Below are positions 37,637-51,113 of a stretch of DNA of 64,000 nt, piece by piece. A model generated the notes under the pieces. It searched no databases. It worked only from the letters and a program-made list of their open reading frames with translations, and was not told where the DNA came from. A program made the position numbers and the translations under genes. How positions within the stretch are numbered: position 1 is the first letter of the stretch; every line of letters begins with the position of its first letter. The stretch is from Raja brachyura (lineage: Eukaryota), in NCBI GenBank assembly GCA_963514005.1, contig OY740783.1, positions 13,578,001 to 13,642,000 of the forward strand, in the 5' to 3' direction.

Positions 37637-40600
37637 CATAGAAACATAGAAAATAGGTGCAGGAGTAGGCCATACGGCCCTTCGAGCCTGCACCGCCATT
37701 CAATATGATCATGGCTGATCATCCAACTCAGTATCCTGTACCTGCCTTCTCTCCATACCCCCTGATCCCTTTAGCCACAAGGGCCACATCTAACTCCCTC
37801 TTAAATATAGCCAATGAACTGGCCTCAACTACCTTCTGTGGCAGAGAATTCCACAGATTCACCACTCTCTGTGTGAAAACTGATTTTCTCATCTCGGTCC
37901 TAAAAGACTTCCCCCTTATCCTTAAACTGTGACCCCTTGTCCTGGACTTCCCCAACATCGGGAACAATCTTCCTGCATCTAGCCTGTCCAACCCCTTAAA
38001 AATTTTGTAAGTCTCTATGAGACCCCCCCTCAATCCTCTAAATTCCAGCGAGTACAAGCCGTGTCTATCCAGCCTTTCTTCATATGGAAGTCCTGCCATC
38101 CCAGGAATCAGTCTGGTGAACCTTCTCTGTACTCTTTCTAAGGCAAGAATGCCTTTCCTCAGATTAGGAGACCAAAACTGTACGCATACTCCAGGTGTGG
38201 GCTCACCAAGACCCTGTACAACTGCAGTAGAACCTCCCTGCTCTTGTACTCAAATCCTTTTGCTATGAATGCCAACATACCATTTGCTTTCTTCACAGCC
38301 TGCTGCACCTGCATGCCTACTTTCAATGACTGGTGTACCATGACACCCAGGTCTCGTTGCATCTCCCCTTTTCCTAATCGGTCTATTTTCCTGTTTTTGC
38401 CACCAAAGTGGATAACCTCACATTTATCCACATTATACTGCATCTGCCATGCATTTGCCCACTCACCCAGCCTATCCAAGTCACCTTGCAGCCTCCTAGC
38501 ATCCTTGTCACAGCTAACACTGCCCCCCAGCTTCGTGTCATCCGCAAACTTCGAGATGTTGCATTTAATTCCCTCGTCCAAATCATTAGTATATATTGTA
38601 AATAGCTGGGGTCCCAGCACTGAGCCTTGCGGCACTAGTCACTGCCTGCTATCCTGAAAAGGACCCGTTCACTCCTACTCTTTGCTTCCTGTCTGCCAGC
38701 CAGTTTTCTATCCACATCCATACTGAACCGCCAATACCGTGTGCTTTAAGTTTGTATACTAATCTCTTGTGTGTGACTTTGTCGAAAGCCTTCTGAAAGT
38801 CCAGATATAACACATCCACTGCTTCTCCCGTATCCACTCTACTAGTTAAGTGGGGTTACAAAAAATTCAATAAGATTCGTCAGACATGATTTACCTTTCG
38901 TAAATCCATGCTGACTTCGTCCAATGAGTTCACCACTTTCCAAATGCGCTGCTATCCCATCTTCAATAACTGACTCTAGCAGTTTCCTCACTACCGATGT
39001 TAGACTGACTGGTCTGTAATTCCCCGTTTTCTCTCTCTCTCCTTTTTTAAAAAGTGGGGTTACATTAGATACCCTCCAATCCTCAGGAACTACTTCAGAA
39101 TCTAAAGAGTTTTGAATCCAGTATTTCTGGGGCTACTTCCTTAAGTACCCTGGGATGCAGCCTATCTAGCCCTGGGGATTTATCGGCCTTTAATCCATTC
39201 AATTTACCTAACACCACTTTCCGGCTAACCTAGATTTCACTCAGTTCCTCCATCTCATTTGACCCGCGATCCCCTGCTATTTCCGGCAAATTATTTATGT
39301 ATTCCTTAGTGAAGACAGAACCAAAGTAGTTATTCAATTGGTCTGCCATGTCCTTGTTCCCCATGATCGATTCACCTGTTTCTGACTGCAAGGGACCTAC
39401 ATTTGTTTTAACTAATCTTTTTCGCTTCACATATCGATAAAAACTTTTGCAGTCAGTTTTTATGTTTCCTGACAGTTTTCTTTCATAATCCATTTTCCCT
39501 TTCCTAACTAAGCCCTTTGTCCTCCTCTGTTGGACTGAACTTCTCCCAGTCCTCTGGTAGGCTGTTTTCTCTGGCTAATTTGTACGCTTAGGATGCCTTA
39601 GTGATAATTTTTCAAAACATCTTTTGCTTTGATACTATCCCTGATTTCCCTTGTTATTCACGGATGCACTACCTTCCCTGATTTATTCTTTTGCCATACT
39701 GGGATGAACAATTGTTGTAGTTCATCCATGCAGTCTTTAAATGCCTTCCATTGCATATCCACCGTCAACCTTTCAAGAATCAATTGCCAGTCTATCTTGG
39801 CCAATTCACGTCTCATACCCTCAAAGTTACCTTTCTTTTAAGTTCAGGACCCGTGTTTCCGAATTAACAATGTCACTCTCCATCCTAATGAAGAACTCAA
39901 CCATATTATGGTCACTCTTGCCCAAGGGGCCACGCACAACAAGGCTGCTAACTAACCCTTCCTCATTACTCAATACCCAGTCTAGAATAGCCTGCTCTCT
40001 CGTTGGTTCCTCTACATGTTGGTTTAGAAAACTATCCCGCATACATTCCAAGAAATCCTCTTCCTCAGCACCCCTGCCAATTTGATTCACCCAATCTATA
40101 TGTAGATTGAAGTCACCCATTATTACGGTTTTACCTTTGCTGCACGCATTTCTAATTTCCTGTTTGATGCCATCCCCAACACCACTACTACTGTTAGGTG
40201 GCTTGTACACAACACTCACTAGTGTTTTTGCCCCTTAGTGTTTCGCAGCTCCACCCATATCGATTCTACATCCTCCAAGCTAATGTCCTTCCTTTCTATT
40301 GCGTTAATCTCCTCTCTAACCAGCAACGCTACCCCACCTCCTTTTCCTCTCTGTCGATCCCTCCTGAATATTGAATATCCCTGGACGTTCAGCTCCCAGC
40401 CTTGGTCATCCTGGAGCCATGTCTCCATGATCCCAACCATATCATAATCATTAATAGCTATCTGCACATTCAACTCATCCACCTTATTACGAATGCTCCT
40501 CGCATTGAGGCACAAAGCCTTCAGACTTGTTTTTACAACGCTCTTGCCCCTTTTACAATCATGTTGAAAGGTGACCCTTTTTGATTTTTGCCCTGGATTT

Positions 40601-40836
40601 GTCTGCCTGCCACTTTTCACCTTGCTACCTATTGCTTCTATCCTCATTTTACACCCCTCTGTCTCTCTGCTCACACATTTAAGAAACCCACCACCTCTTA
40701 TTCTCTGTTTATTTATTTTTTATTTTTTCCCCCTACGTGTTGCGTCTGACTGCTTCCCTTCTCTGCCTCCTGCCTCACGCACGGTCTACTTGCTATCTCT
40801 GAGTCCCTCCCCCCAACCGATTTAGTTTACAGGACA
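37637..40836 (-). mobile_element. Near-complete CR1/HER1 LINE ORF2, nested in an older CR1 3' fragment (about 37480-41090)
   Basis: ORFs 40219-40674 (LNARSIRNK, ETWL), 39827-40219 (MGDFN), 38649-38837, 38159-38635 (KFADD) and 37728-38099; (catagaaa)n tail. Confidence 0.95.
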
Positions 40837-41482
40837 ACAGCCTGTGGCAAAGAATTCCACAGATTCACCACCCTCTGACTAGTGAATCTTCTCCCCATCT
40901 CCTTTCTAAAGGTACGTCGTTTTATTTTGAGGCTATGCCCTCTGGTTCTAGACTCTTCCACTAGTGGAAACATGCTCTCCGCATTCACTCTATCCAGGCC
41001 TTTCACTATTCAGTAAGTTTCAATGAGGTCTCCCCTCATCCTTCTAAACTCCAGCGAGTACAGGCCCGGTACTTTTCAAACGCTCAATGCTAATTGGTGA
41101 CTGCTGTGAGGAAACATTGTGCAATATGTCACCATTTTGGATAATTGGATTTAGATGGAGGACTGAACCCTCCAGTTCTCCAGCCAATATTGAGCCGACT
41201 CACTAACTATGGGGGCATTCATCCAGGCAGAATAATTTGGATCAAATGTTATCCCAAGTATAGGTTTCGACTCTCATGGAACAAGAGTACATAGAATGAG
41301 GAGAGACAGGGAATATGTGGGCGGAAGCTTTGAACATCATATATGAACGTCCATTTTTTTAGAGATTTAAAGGGGAAAAAAGCCCCTTTGCATTAGTTTC
41401 ACATTGACCTATCATTAAAAATGAGTGTTTAATATTTAAGGGGATTTTCTATAATAATTCCATTATCATTGCTAACTCGCTG

Positions 41483-41783
41483 GGCAGCACGGTGGCGCAG
41501 TGGTGGAGTTGATGCCTTGAAGCACCGGAGACCCGGGTTTGATCCTGACTACGGGTGCTGTCTGTACGCAGTTTGTACGTTCTCCCTGTGACCTGCGTGG
41601 GTTTTCCCCAGGAGCTCCGGTTTCCTCCCACGCTCCAAAGACGTACCGGTTTATAAGTTAATTGGCTTGGTATCATTGTAAATTGTCCCTAGTGTGTTTA
41701 GTCGGATAGTGTTAATGTGCATGGGATCGTTGGTGAGTGCGGACTCAGTGGGCCGAAGGCGTGGCACTCTAAACTAAACTAAA
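41483..41783 (+). mobile_element. HE1-type SINE
   Basis: ggcagcacggtggcgcagtggtgg A box, ggtttgatcc B box, (taaac)n tail. Confidence 0.85.
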
Positions 41784-42063
41784 ATTTGTAATCTTTGCCT
41801 CTTGCAAAATAAAGAACCAGTTATTAAGAATTTACATTAGCTTATATATGTCCAATTTCCAATATTATACCTGGAAAATTTAAAACAAATTAAAATAGCA
41901 CAAGCAGATCAGAACCACATTCACAATTGACTAATTGACAGAATTATGTAAATATGGGACATCATCTATCCAAACAGCAGGACTTCAATTCTTGATTTCA
42001 GTTCCAAGCAGATATGTAGCTGATTAAACCCATGAATTGGCCAATCCAGAGTAAAGTATGTAA

Positions 42064-42617
42064 AGGGCCTGTCCCACCAGCATGCAACTCCATGCGATGA
42101 GCGCGAGCTAACATGGTCGCTTGAGCCTTCTGGTGTCGCGGGGCCGGTCCCACTTCGATCGCCGGAGCCGTGCGGAATTGTGCGGAGTTCGTCCCGACAT
42201 CGCGCGGGGCTCTGAAAAACTGACCATGTTCAAAATTTCCGCGCAGCAACGGCTTGTCGGCTCGCAGTCGCCTCGATGCAATACACACCACCTCGACGTC
42301 GTGCCTCCGTGACCCTCTCTGTGTGTGGCTCCGTGGCCCTCTCTGTGTGTGCCTCTGTCCCCCTCTCTGTGTGTCCCTCTCTGTCCTGGCGAATTTACCT
42401 TTAAGACTTTGCTCCAAGTACGCCTCACTTTGCGCCGCGTTGCGCCACTCACCCGACCTCCGCGCGGCCCCCGCTGCCGGTTTGGTTGCGCTCGCCGCAT
42501 GCAGGCGCATGCTGTTGGGAACAGCCCTGTACAGGGATCACCCGACCTCCGCGCAGCCCCCGCTTCTAGTTTGATCGCGCTCACCGCATGGAGTCGGATG
42601 CTGGTAGTACAGGCCCT
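42064..42617. mobile_element. PIF/Harbinger-type MITE family A, copy 3
   Basis: TAA|agggcctgtcccaccagcat...atgctggtagtacaggccct|TAA; perfect 3-bp TSD. Confidence 0.8.
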
Positions 42618-42878
42618 TAAATGTATTTAACTAGCAGAATTCGGTGAGATAAATGGTTACCAACTACTCAATAACTGCTTAGTCTGTTTGGATAATACGG
42701 ATTAAACTAGAACATAGAAAGGTACAGCACAGGAACATGCTCTTCAGTCCTTAATATTATTTTTGTAAATTAAGGAATGTTGTTCCATATTTGACGGAGA
42801 GTTGTAATATCATGGGGGATTTTCAACCAAACAGCCACGCAACTTGTAAATCGTGTGCGTGTTTTCACCAAACATTAT

Positions 42879-43192
42879 AGTTTAGTTTAGAGATACATCG
42901 CGGAAACAGGCCGTTCGGCCAACCGGGTTCGCACCAGCCAACGATCCCCGCAAATTAACACCATCCCACACACTGGAGGCAAATTTTATATTTACAAAGC
43001 CAATTAACCAACAAACCTGTACATCTTTGAAGTGTGGGAGGAAACCGAATATCTCGGAGAAAACCCGCACAGGTCACAGGGAGAACGTACAAACTCGGTA
43101 CAAACAGAACCCGTAGTGGGGATCGCAACTGGGTCTCCGGCGCTGCATTCGCTGTAAGGTAGCAACTCTACCGCTGCGCCACCGTGACTGCC
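42879..43192 (-). mobile_element. HE1-type SINE
   Basis: Reverse complement of the SINE consensus; (gttta)n on the left. Further copies lie at about 24620-24745(+), 35978-36312(-), 46503-47165(-, interrupted), 47586-47875(-), 53219-53481(-), 56980-57912(-, interrupted) and 59208-59433(-). Confidence 0.85.
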
Positions 43193-43299
43193 CCAAATAT
43201 TTAAACCTGCAAAAACAAAACGGCAAAATAGTATAAATATTTAATGCTGCAAAATACATTGGGACTTTGTTGGAAAAAATTGAGAAGAAAGAAATGGTT

Positions 43300-43571
43300 G
43301 TATGGTCGGGTCGGGGGAGTTCCCCCTGCCATGGGTGCCATGTAATCCCGAGCTACCTGCTCCATGGACGGATCATCGGCGACTAAACTGTTTCCCCCAC
43401 CTGGTCTGTCAGGTGAGGAAAGGGCTGTGGACCCCCCAGCAGGACCAAAAACAAGACCTGTCAAAGAGCGAGCCAACGGCCATCCACACATCAGTAGAAG
43501 TTGCGATCACAGTCGTACATAGCATTGTAAGGCACCATGCCCGTTGATGTTTTCAACGATGATGATGATGT
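43300..43571 (+). mobile_element. Short RTE-related non-autonomous element (putative)
   Basis: GC-rich head resembling RTE 5' UTRs; (gat)n 3' tail; no ORF. Confidence 0.4.
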
Positions 43572-43959
43572 ATAGAACGAGACTTCTACTGAAGTTTCTT
43601 TTGAAGGGTTTCCACTTTTGGCAAATGTGCATGAGGAGAGACCTGAGCAAAAAATACATTGAGCTTCTGGTGCAGTAATAAAAATCATTGCACTGCAGTT
43701 TTAAAATTACAGCTATCACATAAAATCAAGTGTTCATCTCATTTGGTGGGAGTGCAATAACACTGCTGCATGCTTCAGAGAACTAATTAGAACAAATATT
43801 TTGTAGTATATATACCAACCTATCAAGCGATAAATTTACTCTGCATTATGAGGCATGCATCCATTTTTCAACGACTGTAACAACCCTGTTTTGATTAGCT
43901 ATGTTAACAGCTTGAACTCCGAAAATTTGAATGTCAAGCTAAATTTTGATCTTGTAAGA

Positions 43960-44320
43960 CACAGTGAAAGGCTTTGATAGAGTGAATGTGGAGAGGACGC
44001 TTCCACTGGTGGGAGAGTCTGGGATTAGAGGCCATAGCCTCAGAATAAAAGGACGCACTTTTAGAAAGAAGATGAGGAGAAATTTCTTTGGGGTGGGGAA
44101 TCTGTAGAATTCATTGTCACAGAAGGCAGTGGAAGCCAATTCAATGGATATTTTTAAGGTGGAGATTGACAGATTCTTGATTAATAAGGATGTCGGGGGG
44201 TGGGGGGGGGTTATGAGGCGGGCAGGGAATGGGGTTGAGAGGGAAAGATAGATCAGTTAGGATTGAATGACGGAGTAGACCTGATGGGCCAAATGGCCTA
44301 ATTCTATTCCTAGAACCCAT
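43960..44320 (+). mobile_element. CR1 3' fragment
   Basis: gtgaaaggctttgatagagtgaatgtggagagg...aatggcctaattctattcc. Other CR1 3' pieces lie at about 25760-26040(-), 29440-29800(-), 49289-49577(-), 52215-52505(+), 58372-58575(-) and 60380-60830(-). Confidence 0.75.
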
Positions 44321-45435
44321 AAACGTGATTTCCTTTTTAATTGGTGCAACTTTTTAAGTTTTACTTGTATCACTACCTCAATTCTGTCTGATTTGTTCTG
44401 GAGTCGTTTCATAAATTTGCATCTATCAAAGATTACCTATTGTGTTCCTGAAAATTGTAGCACAACTGTGTGTCTGTGAGTTTTGAAAATGGGATGGGAC
44501 CTGAGTCTTGTTACATTTTTTGATTTGTGTCACCCGCAACCATGCATTTCAGTGTTCCTGGACAACTACGGTCTCTGCTATTCCGAATGAATAAAAATAC
44601 GAGTTTCCAAAGTGTTGCCAAGTAATTGTTTATTCCTCATCTGTTGGATAAATTCCAGATCAATGATTGGGGATATGCTGCTCTTTGATTAAGGTGCTTT
44701 TAATGGCTTTGGCATAGACATCAAAAATAGGTCTTTATTATAATGGTTTAAACTGTTAGCTGAATGACCAAGCAGAGCTGTGACTTAAAATGTGATTCTG
44801 TTCACAATACACAAGGCTGCCATCTCAAACTCTAAGTCAATATGAGCAGCTATCAACATGCATTTCTTTTTTATCTGACATAACTAGCAAAATAAATTCT
44901 AAGCTGAATACTGTTATGGATATGAATACAAAACATAATGGGTTTTAATGGAAAAGCAGGGATATGTGACACCGCTTGTATTTTTATATTGATTTGAAAC
45001 TTGGAGTGCACTTGTATGGCTTGGAATGTTGAAATAAAAGTTCATTTTATTCTAAAGTATTTGCTCATCTCTGAATACCGCTGCTCATCATGTTTGCCTT
45101 CTAGTCCCTCTGAAGAAATATTGAATCTTCCAGCGAATTCGATTGATCTTTTAGCAGTGTAATCACAATTACTCACCTCCTTAATTGGCCTGCCTGAAAT
45201 CAGAAAATGGAAACTGATCGGCTGTGTGTTCCGATCAATAGCTTTAGAGCAATGCTAGCAGGGGCAGGGGAGATGGAGGTTATAGCGAGATCAATTGGCC
45301 TGAGGTGTCAATCATTGTGCATGGCTTTGCATGCCAAACACTTTGTCTGACTGTAGTGGATCTTTTAGATTTCTATGAAACAAGAAGAGCCAGGAAGAAA
45401 TGTATCTTTCTTAAAAATTCTATTATATCATAATT

Positions 45436-45712
45436 CTTTTGCTCTGTAAAGGCGTGACAATATTATTTTTTTTTTAGAAATAGAATTGCACAAAAACATT
45501 GGGCTATCATGACTGCCTGTAAGCAGTGCTTTAAAAAATAACTTTGGAAAGATTCCCTTATTTAGTGTTTTTGCTCTGAAATAACGTGACAATATTAATC
45601 CTTTGCGAACCTTTTTTTTAGAAATAGAATTGCACAAAAATACATTAGTCTACAATAACTACCTGTAAGCGGTGCATTAAAAATTAACCCTGGGTCGATT
45701 ACCTCGATTAGC
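45436..45712. repeat. Diverged tandem duplication of an approximately 135-bp unit
   Basis: ttttgctctg...cgtgacaatatta...ttttagaaatagaattgcacaaaaa...cctgtaagc.gtgc.ttaaaaa occurs twice in tandem. Confidence 0.8.
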
Positions 45713-47353
45713 ATTAGGTTTATTCAATGAAGGGATACACCATAAAGGCAAAATATTTCAGCTACAAAGCCTGACCTTCCCTCAATTTAGGTGATTAAGA
45801 AAAGGGAATTAAGTCCAATGCAAGGGTTTTTTTAATTGTACCTGTACCTCACCATGCTTGTGCATATGACAATAAACTCAACTTGCTCACTGAGTGTTGA
45901 GATCACAAGAAATGTTACTTGAGGATACGATTGGGCTCAATATTTGTTTTTTGGCTGGCTCCAGACTCCTCTATTAAGCGGCGTTTTACAGAGTCTCACA
46001 GTATGCCCCATTTCCGAGAAACTGTGTCTTAACAAGGTGAGCAGAGGGCAGCACATTGACACAACTCTTGGAGTTGCTGCTTCACAACTGCAGTGACACT
46101 GGCTCAATCGTGGAGTTTGCTCATACTCCAAGTGATTACCTGGGGTCCGTGTCCAATCCTCCTCCCACCCCCATGCTCCAGATGCATCCCAAAGAGATGC
46201 ATGTAGGTTAATTGTCCACTATAACTTGTCCCAAGCATGCGGATGAATAGTAGTATTTGTGGGGTCAGAGAAATGAAGAGAGGAATTCATAAGACTGTGG
46301 GGAGAATACATAGAATTGGCGTAGGATGCTGGATAGTTGACACAGATTGATGAGCCAAACATCCCATTTGAAACTACAATGAACGATGACTTTGCATTCA
46401 CACAAAATCCTCAACTTAATGTAGACACAGGAACGTGCAGATGCTGGAATCTTGCACAAAACACAGTGCAGGAGCAACTCAGCTGGTCAGGCAGCAACTT
46501 ACTTTAGTTTAGTTTAGAGCTGCAGCGTGGAAACAGGCCCTTCGGCTCACAGAGTCTGCGCCGAGCAGCGATCCCCGCCCACTAACACTATCTTACACAC
46601 ACTAGGGACAATTTACAATTTTACCAAAGCCAGTTAACTTACAAATCTGTACGCCTTTGAAGTGTGGGAGGAAACCAGAGCACCCAGAGGAAACCCATAC
46701 AGATCACGGGGAGAACATAGAATAGAATAGAATAGTTTCTTTATTGTCATTGTAACATGAACCATGTACAACAAAATTTAAAAATGTCAGCCAGTCAGTG
46801 CACCATTCAAACATTTCTAAAAGCTAACGATACATACAAGGTAAAATATTAAAAAAAAGATAAACAACTAAAATAAATATGAAAATAGCACGCATAAACA
46901 CCCAACCCTGCATCCTTCTGTTGATTTCACTGTGTACCAACCACAGTCCCTTAGTCCCTGCGTTCCTTGGTGGCTACATTTAGTGCCTTTATAGCAGTGG
47001 GGTAAAAACTGTTTTTAAGTCTGTTTGTCCTTGTCCTTGTAGATCTGAATAATATAATATTCTATTTTATTACATACAAACTCCGTACAGACAGCGCCCG
47101 TAGTCGCGATCGAACCCGTTTCTCTGACGCTGCAAGGCAGCAACTCTGCTGCTGAGCCACCGTGACAGCATCTTTGGAATGAGCAGAGATGCTGACTCAC
47201 TTCTCCTACATGATCCTCAACTTAATGTGCTTACCTGCTCTGTGTGTACATGGATACAAAATGGAGTAATCCCAAATAATGGTAACAATATATACTTTGG
47301 ATGTTAACTGTTCATATTTGATTCATAATTTCATAATTTCTAATATTTTACAG

Positions 47354-47451
47354 TACGAGCAATGACCATTTTAGTGTGAACATCCAACCTCCAGTCGGGG
47401 AGCTGCTGCTGCCGGTCACAACGTCTGAAAAGGATTTCATAAAAGAACAAG
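47354..47451 (+). CDS. AP3B1: AP3B1 coding exon, 98 nt
   Basis: ttttacag acceptor; (C)[32 protein letters not shown](G); G|gtaagg donor. Confidence 0.95.
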
Positions 47452-50400
47452 GTAAGGAGTGAGCTGATTATGTGCATGATGCTGTTATGGCCAGAATTTA
47501 TTATTCATCCCTAACCGCTCCTCGATAGGTCACGTCAGAGGATGGTTAAATAGCAACCACAAGATTCACAAATAAGTTGAGCAAGTTTAGTTTTAGTTTA
47601 GTTCAGAGATACAGTGTGGAAACAGGCCCCTCGGCCCATCGGGTCCACGCCGACCAACGATCACACGTATACTAGATCTATCCTACACACTAGGGACCAT
47701 TTACAGAAGCCAATTAACCTACAAACCCGCACGTCTTTGGGATGTGGGAGGAGACCGGAGCACCCGGGAAAACCCACGTGGTCACGGGGAGAATGTTTAT
47801 ACACCGTACAGAAATCGCCCGTGGTCAGGATCAAACCGCTGTAAGGCAGCAACTCTACCGCTGCGCTACCATTCCACCCAAGTTATTAAGGCAGGTTTAC
47901 TTCCATGAAGGACCTTTGCGACCTGATAATTGTTTAGATAAATCTCTATGCTTCATTAAGTGCACACCCATTTCTCCCACCACTCTGCGCCCCTTTCCCC
48001 TCCTCTACCCCCCTTTTCCTTCCACCTTCATCCCTTCCTCTAGCTCCACATTACACTCCTCTTCTCTCGTTATCTTAGACCCATTTGTCTCATTTTTTGT
48101 CTCTAGCCTTTGGCCACCCCTTTGCCAATCAAAACCCCCTATCACCTGCCAGGCTATGTTCCCTTCCCCTCCCCCCCCCCCCCCTTCCAGCTTTCTCCCC
48201 CATTAATACAGTCAGTCTAAAGAAGGGCAGTCATGGTGGCGCAGCGGTAGAGTTGCTGCCTTACAGTCTTCAATCTCACTCTGTCTTCAATCTCACCCAA
48301 TGCCATCGGTGTGGCAGAATATTTTCTGCGTATTATATTCTTATTTATTAACATGATGCAAAATAGAGATATTTGTGCCTAACCTTTATCGACATTTATA
48401 AGCCTAAGATGGCATGTCTTTAGTTCTAGGTGCTCTGTTAAAGTGGTGTGTCAATTATTTAGAGAAGGTACAGAACAGATGTACTACAACGGTAGAAAAT
48501 CAGCGGTAACGCACTTGTTGAGCAGAGAGAATGAACAATCTATGTTGACCTTCAAGAAGATGGAACAGTTTCAACGATAAATTAAATTGTGTCCTTGTAC
48601 CAAAAGGTTAATTCATTATGGCAGAAAGATTACGGTGATTGGTAAAAGAACCAAAGGGGAAATAAGGAAGAATTCCTCTTGAGCAGTTGGTTGTAATCGG
48701 GAATGCGATGCCTGCAAAAATGGTTAGTGTGAGTTGAATAGTAACATTAAAAAAAAAGTGGAACAAGTTTACAGGGCAATGCGGAAAGACTTAGGAACTG
48801 GAATTAATTTAATATTATATTCATCAAATTAATTTAATATTATACATCTATCAAAAGCATGAGCGGCAAATTTGGTCAATGCACAGTATCATTCTTTGAT
48901 TCCGTAGCTTTTGGTTTCTGTAGATGCCATCTGATTAGCAGAAAAATCTGGTTTTGATTTTGCATTTTCTTGTATATTTGCAATCTGTGCCAAATTCTTT
49001 CCTAAAAATGAAATGTCCCTTCTCCAGGCGATCCATCAATGACATTACCAGTACTTTTCCCCAAGTGGCCCATGGATAACAAATAGATGGGATCTTAGAA
49101 TACCTACACATTAGAACTCCAGAGCACAATGTATGTAGTGATAGAAACAAAGTGCTGGGGATAGTCACCAGGTCAGGCAGAATCTGTAGAGAAAGAATTA
49201 GCATTTCACGTCAAAAATCTTCATCATAACTGTAAAATGAAGAAACAATTGTAGTTTAAGTCGCAGATGTGGCTGCGGCAGATGTGACATAGAAACATAG
49301 AAAATAGGTGCAGGAGTAGGCCATTCGGCCCTTCGAGCCTGCACTGCCATTCAATATGATCATGGCTGATCATCCAACTCAGTAACCCGTACCTGCCTTC
49401 TCTCCATATCCCCTGATCCCTCTAGCCAAAAGGGCCACATCTAACTCCCTCTTAAATATAGCCAATGAACTGGCCTCAACTACCTTCTGTGGCAGAGAAT
49501 TCCAGACACTCACCACTCTCTGTGTGAAAAATGTTTTTCTCATCTCGGTCCTAAAAGACTTCCCCCTTATCCTTAAGGAAGCAATGGAGAGAACAAAGGT
49601 ATAATATATTTTCAAATCGGCCATCTTCAAATGCAGGGTGTAATGAAACAGCATAGAATTCTATACCCTATAATTATGTTGGCATACTTATGTTTATAGT
49701 AATGAGCAAGACATGTCTTTTTTTAATTTGAAGAAGAACACAGCAAAATTAGTGTTGCATGTAACTGCACCGTACAGATAAATGTTACGCCTTTGGTTTC
49801 GATTTACTGGCAAGCTTATATCATTATAGAAGGGATATCTAACCAACAGCTGATGGAATTTGGAGCATATGTATTTTTCTCAACTGGTGGTTGACCAGTT
49901 GAATGACATTGAATTGGTTCTAAAGGGCGAGTCTTTATGGGTATCAACAAAAGTCATATTTAAAAAAAATTATATGTGTGTAGTTGAGGGAATGAGCAAC
50001 AGTTTGAAGCATTCTGAAGTTTATATATTTAGATGGATTTTTGACAGGTTTCCTAAGTTGCGTTTGGTCTCTCCCACTACCGGTTCTTCACAGTGAAGGG
50101 AGGATTGATTTAGAGATGAATCCAATTTTAAAAATGGGACATCTATATTTGGAACTAATGTTCTTCTCTCATCCTGATGTCATAATACAAATGATCTTAT
50201 AATGTTCATGATTTGTTTCATTTTCCTCAATGCTTTCCAGAAGATTCATAAGTAATCTTTGAGAATTACCTTGGCTGAAAAATATTAAAATGCCTTATTA
50301 AATTATTTGATTTATACGGTAATTTAACCCATCCGTTATAAGACAGTAACTTTCTGACATCAGTATATATACCTTTTTGTTTTCATGACCTGTTTACATG

Positions 50401-51113
50401 AGCTTATTTCAGTGTCTTGTGATCCAGTTGATGGGGGTGGAAGGAAGGGTGCATGTGAGCCTTGAATGGCTAAACTCTCATGGGCAAGTTGGCCTGACAC
50501 TGATATTTCAGTGAATCATTTTCCCAAGAGAGTCGGAGTCAGTCCGTCCAACTAATCATGGTGGGCTTCCTATGTTTTTACCAGAAACTGCTTGGCCAGT
50601 AGCATTAACGGCATTCACAAAAAATATCTGCACAATAAACCCTCCAGAGTATAAGAATGAGTGTATACTGGAAGATCAAATGAAAAAGAAAACTCAATTT
50701 ATTTAGGTACTTTGTATTCAGATATTGTCAGCCTATTCTGTAACTTGTTAAATGTGCACAAAAGCTTTATAAGTGTATTATTTTGATCTAATTTCCATAC
50801 AGAAATCCTACTATACATCTGGTATAGTTAAATTAATTGCATCTACATTTTGGACGTGCAGTTCCTTTTCTCTCAAAAGATGAGTGAAGGTGTGGGTTGA
50901 GAGAGAGAGATGTGTTTAAAAATGCTTTATTTCCACAGCATGATCTGCAGATGAACATTAATGCTTTCGCCCCCATTCATTTGTTAAGCAGCGCTGGAAA
51001 TATGAAATTAATGGTGCCTATTAGAAAAATGATATATGGTCCTAACAGACAATCTTACTAACATTGCCTTTCTTATTCTTTTGCTGGCAAAAGCTTGTCT
51101 TTGTGTTTTCCAG

